Origin: Neodothiora populina
Taxonomy: Eukaryota
Length of the DNA stretch: 64,000 bases
Reading direction: 5' to 3'
Assembly (NCBI RefSeq): GCF_041146345.1
Contig: NW_027191404.1
Span: forward strand, 2,542,001 to 2,606,000
Of the stretch, positions 1 through 10,129 are shown in pieces; within the stretch, counting starts at the first letter, position 1, and every line of letters starts with the position of its first letter. The notes under the pieces are model-generated. The model worked only from the letters and a program-made list of their open reading frames with translations, was not told the origin of the DNA and ran no database searches. The position numbers and the translations under genes are program-made.

Positions 1-1284
1 AGGTGGGAGGTTAAATAGTCTGCGCTTTCCGGCCAGCAAGTCACCGAGTGGACGAGTTCAGGAGAGTGGTTGTTCGCAATCAGTGCACCCCGGACTATGT
101 CGATGAAGTATCTCGAGGACCAGGCCGTTTGCTCGCTGTTTTTAACCAGGATTGCGTTTCCGGAGAACAAAGCTGTGATTACCGGGCCCATCAGGTTATG
201 GAACTAAATCACATATTGTCAGTATCAATGCTGACCGATTCGTCCTTTTATAGAAGGATCTTACGGGGTAGCTAAAGTCATACATCAGCATAATGACACA
301 AGTGATCCATACAGGAGATAAAAGGAGTAGGCTCACTTCCAGCTAACGCAGGCACCAACAACACCAAGAGGCTCATATCTGACCTCGTTCTTCTTATACA
401 TCATCAAGAAATTAGTAGGTCGAGAATCAGGGCTCAGCGCCTTCTCTCCGTGATCAATAGTCCACTTCAGGCGTTCGGCCGTGACCAGAATCTCTCCGAA
501 AAGAGCATCTACGCGCGTTTTGCCAGAGTCTAGACAAGCCACTGTGGCGATGTCATCTTGATAAGTCAGGATCCATCTGAAGTTTCTAGTCAGTCCTGGA
601 TCACACTCCGTTCCTAGCAGCGACAAAAACAAGAAAAATGTTTACTACAGAAGAGGGAAAAAGGACATACTTGAGCAGAGTTTGAAGCACCTTTCTTCTG
701 TCGGCAAAAGTAGTCGTAGCCCATGTCTTCTGCGCATCCCGTGCACGAATCCATGTTCTATCAATGTCGCCTGGCGTGGCAGGTGTGATGACACCCAGAG
801 ATTCACCCGTCGCGGGACAGTAGCATTGTACGTCATTTGATCCAGAGACCTGAGCGTGTGAATTAGTGAAATGTTGCCACGAGACGCATACGAACCAGCA
901 GTATAACAAGACAGGGTAAAGCGGGAGGGAGAAACGAAGAGAGCATCAATTAGTCCGACTCAACCCAACATCGACAATTCCTCCTCTGCACTCAATTCAC
1001 CTTCTAAACATTACACCCAGCACCAACAACCAAGTCCAATCCGATCCAAAAGAACGAAAATCAAAAAGCGAAAAGAAACCAACCTTCAACCCAGCCTCCA
1101 CCAGAACCTCTCCCCTCCATCCCTCCTTGCATTGCTCAGGCAAGACCACCTCATACTCAACAGCCGCCTTGAAACCATTGACTTTAAGCAGAAAGAACCA
1201 CACCCCTGACGCGAGCAATACTAGCGAGGTGGTGAGTACTACTGTCGAGAGCCCTGGTAGGGGTGACGTATTAGATGCGTCCAT
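1..1284 (-). CDS. Aldehyde dehydrogenase, MSC7/ALDH22-like, with N-terminal membrane anchor (partial; continues past the window start)
   Basis: ATG at 1284 and a hydrophobic N-terminal segment. Exons 1284-1084 and 849-671, then further exons. Motifs include VQCYCPATG, KTRVDALFGEILVTAERLKW, YEPLGVVGACVSW(N)YP and FHNLM, which resemble MSC7-type ALDHs. Confidence 0.85.
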
Positions 1285-1895
1285 GTCTTCTACGTTTATT
1301 TTATCTGGGATAGAGAGGTGTGGACATTCGGCAATGGGTATCAATTCTTCTGGGGAGGAAACGACCGTGATATGATTTGTAGTGCTATTTCGGAGGACAG
1401 ATCAGACAAACGCGAGTTTGAAGTTGCCGCGTTTGGTCGCGTAAAGCAGTGTGGAGAGTGGACTGATTTGGGGTTTTTCTTTATATAATGGTTTTTCCTT
1501 TCCCTTTCTATTTACCTGTTATTTAGAAGCTTAGCCGCTAATCTCCTTATTGATATAAATATATATGATAGTAAAGAAGCAAGAGAGAATAGTTTATTCA
1601 TGTTATGAATTAAGTTATATAATGAACTGCAGTATGATATAGACTTTATAATGATAAATTATTATCGTAAGGTAGACAACGAACATTCGGGGTTAAGATG
1701 GCTTGGCAGCTGTTTACCGGGACAATCTCGGCAGTCGGAGGTCGGCCAGTGACGACGTCGTGCCTTCCCAGTGCAGCTGGAGGGTAGATGAGGGACGAGG
1801 GACCATCCACGAGTCTCCGCATGTCATGTTGCACCGCCTGGTCGCTTTATACAACGTATTGTAATCCTTGAATTGATCTGAAGCTGGTTGGAGGA

Positions 1896-1932
1896 GTAGC
1901 AGTAGTAGTAGCAGCAGCAGCAGTAGCAGCAG
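1896..1932. repeat. AGC/AGT trinucleotide microsatellite upstream of ARC19
   Basis: gtagcagtagtagtagcagcagcagcagtagcagcag seen directly. Confidence 0.7.
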
Positions 1933-2039
1933 TCAATTGTCTACGTTATTGATCACCTTGAATTGAGCCCCGATCAGGAGCCCACGAGCCAGCAGCAGAA
2001 GGACAACAACACCACCCACCACCACCGCAACTGCCCAAT

Positions 2040-2739
2040 ATGGTCAGATACACCCATCTTTATCCCCTCTTGACCAGGGATCATCCATTGAACACCATCT
2101 AACGAAACACCATTCACAGTCTCAATCGCTCCGCCCTTACCTCCAATGCGTTCGCTCCTCTCTCACGGCGGCCATGTCGCTGTCCAACTTCGCTTCCCAG
2201 ACCTCAGAACGACACAATGTGCCTGAGATTGAGGCAGCAACCTCGCCCGAAGTTCTTCTCAACCCGCTTGTTGTCTCTCGAAATGAGAATGAGCGAGTCT
2301 TGATAGAACCCAGCATCAACAGTGTCCGCATCAGTCTGCGAATCAAACAGGCAGACGAGATTGAACACATTCTCGTCCACAAATTCACCCGCTTCCTGAC
2401 CCAACGCGCCGAGTCCTTTTTCATCCTGCGGAGGAAGGCAGTCAAGGTATTTCTCTGTAGCTATAGTCCTCAGCTTGAATCTACCATGCTTACAGTCACC
2501 TTGCAGGGCTACGATATTTCGTTCCTTATCACCAACTTCCACACCGAGGAGATGCTGAAGCATAAGCTGGTCGACTTCATAATACAATTCATGGAGGAGG
2601 TCGACAAGGAGATTTCTGAGATGAAGCTATTCGTGAGTCCTTGGCGACAATGTTCTTGAGAAACCTCCTACTGACATGTCGACAGCTCAATGCACGCGCC
2701 AGATTCGTTGCCGAGTCTTTCCTGACTCCCTTCGACTGA
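2040..2739 (+). CDS. ARC19: Arp2/3 complex subunit 4 (20 kDa)
   Basis: Exons 2040-2042 (ATG only), 2120-2446, 2507-2632 and 2686-2739. They translate to [13 protein letters not shown]...ERHNVPEIE...[19 protein letters not shown]...[17 protein letters not shown], matching the conserved ARPC4 sequence. Confidence 0.96.
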
Positions 2740-3486
2740 GCGACCTTTATATGCGTCGAGTCTTCCTTTCACTCCTGCCCGTAGTAGCTGAAAAAGGCAG
2801 AAAAACATGGCAAAAGAAAACCCCCGAGAAGAGGCCCGAGGTAGCGATAATATCGTGGCGGATCATGCCCAGTCCGCAATTAGAGGTCGGTATGTAGTCT
2901 TTGTCATCTCTCTTAAAAACTCCGCAGCGGTATAAAGTTTTACAATGAACAGAAGCTGCCCACTTCCACCATTCTGGTCCTCCTGGCTGCCATTTGTCTC
3001 CGCTACTCTACTTGTTCCTCTTTGATCCCCTGAGCAACACTTGTCAGGTGCTCACCACTTCGATCACACCTGGTCCGAGCTCCCTCTATAATTTGTGTCC
3101 CAGTAGGTATTGCGATCATGGATGTAATGTAAACTAGGTGTTGTGTTTCCCTACTATGCAACAATTCATCCAGACAATCCTTTGGATAAGTATGCTCTTA
3201 TTATTGTCCTTTTTCGAGGTAGCTTCTTAACAAGGCTTGCAGAGACTCCCATAACACATGTCCGTGTCATATAAATGCTCTAGATTTATTAGCAGGAGAA
3301 GGCCGCCGTACACTATACAGATGCTCCTCTCGTCTCGAACAGGCCGCGCTCTCGCACTTACAACCTCACTCAAAAATCTGTTAAAGCACTCTCCCTTCCC
3401 TAAGAAGTCACGAATAAACTCAGCAGTTGTTACAACCGCCACAGTAGCAAGGCACTCAAAGGACCAGGATCTGTCCCTCTGCTCCA

Positions 3487-6035
3487 ATGGCAAGTCGTCG
3501 TCGGGAAAAGATTTCTGCACCTCGAGCAGAAGCAGCTCCTCTACGACTAGGGAGCACTGATTGTGCCATCTGCATCAAAGCTCCTTGTCACAAACTTGTC
3601 CCTTGTCAGCACACCGTTTGCTACGATCACCTCTTGCTTGGTCATGACTCAGAGTCGCAAGTCCCCTCACTCTGCGTGAGATGCAACCAGGTGATCAATT
3701 CCTCACCCCGACCTCATTCCATCTTGACTAATTCCTCTACAGGCCGTCTTGCAAGTGGTCGAGCTAACAAGCACTCCTCAATCCTTACATCACAAGTCTC
3801 CCTTCTTACCACCGGGATCGCTGTGGCCTGACGATCCCATTTCACCTTCGGTGAACCGCAAGGCAAGGATGAACTCACATCCAGACCAGCATCCATGGGG
3901 CCATCATGGCTTCCTGCCCCCAACAGCTGTGCGTGGTGTTGCTGGCATGGCTCCACCACCTTTTAATCTGGGTAATCAGCTCATCCACCAGCCAATCCAC
4001 CAGCCTCCACCTCAGCAGCAGTACATGGCACCTCAGCACTACCCTCAGCAGCCTTATCACCCTGCTCAACAACAATTCGTTCATCCTAACATGCAGAATT
4101 TTTATGGTCATCAACAATCGATGAGACCTCAGGTTTGGCATGGCAACGCGTTCCAATTTCCGCCTGGCCAACCCTCATCGCAAGTGTACAACCACAAGGC
4201 GAAGAAACCCAACAATGACCCTTTTGTTGACAGCTCCCCATCGACTCACCGTTCCACTTCTACGCCACTGTCACTGCCCAACAGTGCCGGTGGTCCATCT
4301 CAAGGCACTCCACGTCCCTCGCCTGGAAACGATCACGCTGTAGTTCGCAAGACTGGAGCTGCAAGACTGGCTGAACAGATCAAAGCAGGTCTCCTCGAAG
4401 ACCCAGACTCTAACAGAACTCAGAACAAGCGCGGCCGTTCCAAGACCACCACCTTCCAACATGCTGGTGGTCAGATGGTGCACATGTACCAGCCTCCTCT
4501 TCCAGTGGTCCCTGCTGTACCAACTGTCCCACAGACTTTCGTCACGCCAGATCTGATCCCAGACCCGCCCTTCCTCAATGCTCTCCATCGTGGTTATCGT
4601 CCATCTCTTGATGAGGTCTTCGATCATGTCCCTTTCGTCGAAGTGTACAAGAACACCAAACCCTGCCACTGGGGGGTTATCAAGATCACCAACGTGCGTA
4701 TAACTTTCTAACGCAAATGATCAGGATGCTGACGTTTCTAGATCCCTTACTCTACCACCAAGAATGAGATTGTCGCGGCCGTCGGTCGCAACGCTCGTCT
4801 GGTCAGTCAACCAACAGGAACTCCCTATTATGCAGTTCACATCATCATGGAAAGATCCACTGGCAAGACCATGGATTGCTATGTCGAGGTCGAGAGCCGC
4901 AATGAAGCGGTGACAATCGTCACTAACTTCTCCCATCGTTGCGCAAATGGACGCCCTCCAAAGATTGGAGATCGCAGCATTGACGTGGAAATGAGCAGCC
5001 AGGAAGACCTCATGAAGGAGCTTTTCCCTCGCGCCAGATGCGTTACCTGGCACGGCAATGCGCCTACTGTCTATAAGCCTACCGAAGCATTCAATAGTGG
5101 TTTCCAGGGCTTTTTGACAGGTGAAGAAATGGTCATGGTTCAAAAGCATGCAGAAACGCCTCAGCGCGTAAGTCTCCTGTTTTCTGTTCGTCTTCTACGA
5201 CTAATGAATGAACCAGTCTCCATTTGCTCAGCGCTGTCACAATCGTACGTACGAAAGTCTTATCAGCACTCTGCACAAATACCCATGGTTCGCCCAAGAC
5301 TATGTAATGATCGGAGAACGCAACCTGGTCTTCAACACCACAATGGCATGTCTGCGCACCTTGATGCAGTCTATTCGCAAGAACTGGAATCCAGCTGCTC
5401 TGCACCGCCAGCTGCTGCACGAAGTCGTCTGCGCCGCCTTATCCACTGCGGCTTTCCATCACCAGCAGCAGGCTCTCGTCTGCGATTTCTTGCACCATGG
5501 TGGCTTCGCGGATCTGTTGGGCAGAGTCCCATTTATGTATCTTGGTCAATTTGGCAATTATTGGCCCTTTGAGGTCTTGTCTAAGAAGGCTGTCGTCAGC
5601 ATGGACGTTTTGCAGGTAAGATCTGTGGCATGTTCTTGTCCGTCGATCTGGACTGACTGTTTTCTGTTACGTTAGTACTATATTCATCTCTTACACGAAG
5701 GGACCACCTCACCTGACGAACGTCGTCTGGCTATGAACATCCCCGGCGGCACAACCCCATCAAGTATCAATCCTTTTGGTCACGTCGTCGTCGACTACGG
5801 CGACAACAAGGACAAATTGAGTCTTCGTAAGGTTGCTGTCTTGGAGTGGAACCTTATTGAGGCCATCCTTCGCAGTGTCTTATTTACCTCCGGTGATCAG
5901 GACAATAGCGACGAGTACGAGGTCCAAGGTCAGTCTCAAGGTACTGCTCATCGACAGCGGTCTGTTCCCGCTACTCAGACTCCTGTTCACAGGATCAAGA
6001 CTCAACAGGCTGCCATTGCTTACGGCAGTGTCTGA
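3487..6035 (+). CDS. Putative RNA-binding protein: N-terminal RING-like zinc finger, P/Q/H-rich linker and RRM-like domain
   Basis: Exons 3487-3690, 3743-4693, 4742-5167, 5217-5615 and 5676-6035 join in frame with GT-AG introns. Motifs are CAIC..PCQHTVCYDH..CVRC and WGVIKITNIPYSTTKNEI..VHIIMERSTGKTMDCYVE (RRM-like). Confidence 0.8.
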
Positions 6036-7379
6036 GCGTCTTGTCGCCTGTCTTTACTTTTCATGATGCGACCTTGACTGGATACATTTCACTCTGGACG
6101 AATCGAGACGACTGGTGGTGTTATGGGAGTCTTGGTAAACATCAGACAATGTCTATTTTCCTTCGTCCGACGGTGTTCGTGGGAGCTCTTACCTCCGAGT
6201 GATGACGCTATAATGGATGGGCTGGGCAACTGCAGGATAAACACAGTGGAAGGAGGTCGGGGAATTATTTTCTTCTCCCTGTGTCTGTTCTCCTACGCTG
6301 TTTGTCGCGGTCTTACTCGCCTCTCGTCTTCCCTTTCTAGCGTCTGTTGTCTTTCCTTTCTCTGCATCGGAACCACGCCTCACCCACGCACGAGCTCTGT
6401 CTATTGAGGCTAAAGCGTCCGGCCATTGTTTCTTCTCTTTTACTTCTTTCTTCACTTAATTCCCTGTAAACCTTAACCCACCTTGTTTTGCTTTACTTCT
6501 TTTCATCATACCCCTCACTTCCACATGGACTTCTGGTGGCGCTACGTTTTAGTATAGATCCGCCATCCGGTCTACATTGAAAGGGTGGAATCGCAGACTC
6601 CCTTAGTATCTTCCCAAAGCGAAGATATACTTTCCCAATCACTTCATAAACGAACAGTAAAGCAGCACATCTTGCTCTTTTCTCATCACTGGTGGCAAAT
6701 TTGTAGTAGTGAAATGAGTGTGACCCTGTCTACATATTCTTCCTCCTCTGAGTACCTTCACCACAACCAAATCATCAAGGCGCTTGCTCACTCACAAACA
6801 ACCCTCATCAACAACCCTAAGCTCGCCATGTTCAACAAATGTTAGACCTCTCGAATGTCCAATCAAAAGTCTCCGAAGTTGTGTATGCCTCCGAGGGTGG
6901 ACAGAAAAAGCCTCTGATAGAGAGAACGCCCGCGGGGGTTGGGTTAGTGGGGTGCAGGCGTCGGAGACATTTTTAGTTCGTGTTTATATCGCTGTCATCA
7001 TTACCTTGATGTGTTCTATCTTACTCTAGTCTATGCTACTCTAATTACTGTACTGTACCTCGCTCTGTCTGCTCTACCCTACTTTGTCTCCTTGCCATTG
7101 CTACAACAACACAGTAAAGTATCCGAACCAGAAGAGAAAAGTCTCCGCAGAACGTTCGCTCGTGGGGGCCTCGGATATACAACCTACTGTCTCCTGTTTG
7201 TACCTTTCATTCGTGTTCTTGATCAAAAGAAAGAATAATTCAAATAAGAGGAAGAGGGCTTCTTCGACTTCGATACTCTGATCCCTCTCGCCGTGGTTAA
7301 CATGTCCCTACCCGCTACGTATACCACTACCGCGCCTGCTACTGCTCCAAAGCAATCGACATACAGTATAGCAGCAGCC

Positions 7380-8483
7380 ATGACCGACCCCACGAGCACC
7401 GATCGCGAGGCATGGAAGTACGTTTCTCGTTTCCCTCTCCGTCCTCCCCTCTAGTCTATATCACCTCATATAAAAACGGCCAATCCGCCACGCAGCTCTA
7501 AACCACATGGACAAAACAGAGAGAAGAAACACGGCTAACAGCCCCCAAAGCTCACGCGCGAAGTCCTACGATACAGAGCCTTACATGCGCAAGATCAACA
7601 CGCAGATCATCGAGGCGTTGACGTCGAGATTGGAGTGGATTGGTGGGGGGTTGAATGGTGGTGGAGGTCATGATGGTGGGGAAAAGGACGGGTGTAGGCT
7701 TTTGGACTATGCTTGTGGGACTGGGAAGATTACTATGGTGCGTATTTTCTTTCGCCTTCAATCTGTTCTTTTTTCTCGACTATTGGTTGTTGTGAGGAAG
7801 GATGGACAAAAGGTGTGCTTTAGTTGAGGGGCTGGCTGATCTGAAAGTAGGCTCTGAGACCATATCTCACGTCTGCAAAGGGGCTGGATATCTCTACTTC
7901 GATGATTGATGTCTATAATCAGAATATGGACGCCCTTCGGTCTTCGCCATCGTCTTCTTTCCCTGACGGTGACGACAAAATCGACAACAATAATGACACC
8001 AGAACGGCTACTACCAATACTACTTTCCACGCCTCGGCCACCCTCGGTGATTTCGTCGCCGAGGTTGCTTCTGGTCCCTCTGAATCAGACCCCGAATGGA
8101 CTGACTTTGACGTAGCCGCCATCGGGCTTGGTTTCCACCACTTTGAGAATCCCGAGTTGTGTCTGACGAGGCTAGCACAAAGGGTCAAGAAGGCCACGGG
8201 TGTGGTTTTGATCATTGATTGGCTGCCTCATGCTCCGCATGATGATCACAATCACGATCACGGTCATTCTCATGATCATGGTCACAAGAAAAAGGACGAA
8301 TGGGAAGCCATGCAAAAGACAATCAAGCATCACGGCTTCGACAGACAGACTATGCAACGCATGTTTGAGGATGCTGGGCTCGTGGATTTCGACTTTGTCG
8401 TTCTTGGTGAGCCTTTTGTGCTTTTGCCTCAGTGAAGGAGAATCGTCAAAAAGGGGTTCTTGGCTAGGGGCAGGAGACCGTGA
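7380..8483 (+). CDS. Class I SAM-dependent methyltransferase with His-rich insert (C-terminal frame ambiguous)
   Basis: Exons 7380-7417, 7551-7737 and 7851-~8435/8483. Motif I is LLDYACGTG, followed by GLDISTSM, FDVAAIGLGFHHF and VLIIDW. The main frame stops at 8435, but a family-like tail KGFLARGRRP* ends at 8483 in another frame. Confidence 0.8.
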
Positions 8484-8799
8484 GAGGTCTGGTTCTTATA
8501 AAGTAATAGTTCAGTCAGGAGGAGTTGGCAGGGTGACTGTAAGGTGGACGACTCGTCTCTGTCAAAGTGTGTCGAGTCATTTCCTTGGTCATGGAAACAC
8601 ACTCAGGATGGATGGACGAGCTGAATTTCGGTTTGATGGAGATGGAGTCCTTGTCAAAGTGTGTCCAGTTTCCGTCTCTCTCAACAGATACCGAAAACGT
8701 GTAGGTGCGTGTATGCCGAAGTGCGTGCATAAATATTCGCAGAGGTGGCTAGCAGTCCAGAGCCGAGTCCATACTTGTGCAACAGTCGTCTCTGTCGTA

Positions 8800-9768
8800 T
8801 CAATCTAGCATAAGGTCATGAGATTCTGTTTCGTCTAGCGCAGTAAAGACTTCCTTCGACTTCTCACGAGCTGCAGCTTGACGTGCAAGGCCCTCGGCTC
8901 GCTTTCTCGCTTTTCTGACATCGGCAGGCTCCCAGTCGCTGTCTTGATTTTGCACCTGTGTAAATTGTGTCTCGAGGCCTTGTCGGAAACGTTCAGTGCG
9001 TTCTCTATTCACGATAAATCGTTCATTCGCTAGCTGAACAAGCGCATCCATATAAGTTTCGTCGACCATGGGCATAAGCTGGCCATCTGCTGCCTCGTAG
9101 CCAATCACACTGTCAAACGCAAGGCCTGTCGTCCGGATGGCTGCCATGGCTGTGACTGAGCCATCTGGCAGCCGAGAGATATTGGATATGCCACTTTCTC
9201 TGAAGCCAGCACCGAGCGCGGCAGTCTGCACACGCTGTGCACTCTCCACTGAAGAACAGAATATATGCAGGATCTATCGTGAAAGTTCAGAACAACGTAT
9301 TTACAAAGGCCATCTTGGCGCATATAGCAAAGGGCGACTTACCATTGGCTCAAATTTGCATCGTACCCACCTTGTATCTTTTGCTGAGGTGGGTATTGAT
9401 ATTCCGCTAGAAGTAGACATTCCAAACATTGATGTCAAATTTCTCCCTTGCTGTTCAGATGGTAAAGGGTCATGAGACACGAAGAGCCACTGACCACCGC
9501 CTTTACCACCAGACCCAGCATTGGCTTCCTCCGAATCGTCTTCCTGCACGATATCTCGGTTTTTCTTCCTGCCTTCGAGGTAGACTGCAATGCGACCTGC
9601 GCAACTGCTTGTAGTGACAAGAGCATCTAGCACATTGATTTCATCTACCAAAGCACGAATGCCAAGGTCGACTGTGCCTTTGGGAGACGCGTCATGATAG
9701 GAAGAATCTGGAACAGCCAGCTGCTGCAGGATCTTCTGCTTTTTGTTCTGAAAGACTGACAGCGACAT
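8800..9768 (-). CDS. TYW3: tRNA wybutosine-synthesizing protein 3 (methyltransferase)
   Basis: Exons 9768-9343 and 9273-8800. Motifs DASPKGTVD, LVTTSSCAGRI, KGGGQWLFVSH, KFEPMILH and GFRESG are characteristic of TYW3. Confidence 0.93.
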
Positions 9769-10129
9769 GATGCTTGTACGTTGTGTTAATATATTATATC
9801 AACAGAATATAGCAATATCACGAATTCTCGATTGACTTTGACTTTTCGTGGTAAGGCGTACGGTAATTCTAAGCGAGTGACATCATGCATCGCCAGCGCT
9901 CACATCCTTTTGCGGACACAATAGTGGCCGGCCCTGGGAAAGGTAGTAGTAAACAGCTGGAGTAATGGCCTGTATAACCTCCTTTGCCTCCGTGAAGATT
10001 GCAAAAGTCTCCTTCTTCACCGATACAATCAACGCAAGATCACGTTGCAGCGTTCCTACTTCATAGCCTTAAGTGCCTAAATCCGCATTTACATTTGCCA
10101 CTGGCTGCCACACTCTTACACTACGAAAA

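Noticed and set aside
7011..7238. Short hydrophobic ORF resembling a membrane peptide
   Set aside because: It starts at GTG rather than ATG and arises from T-rich promoter-like sequence.
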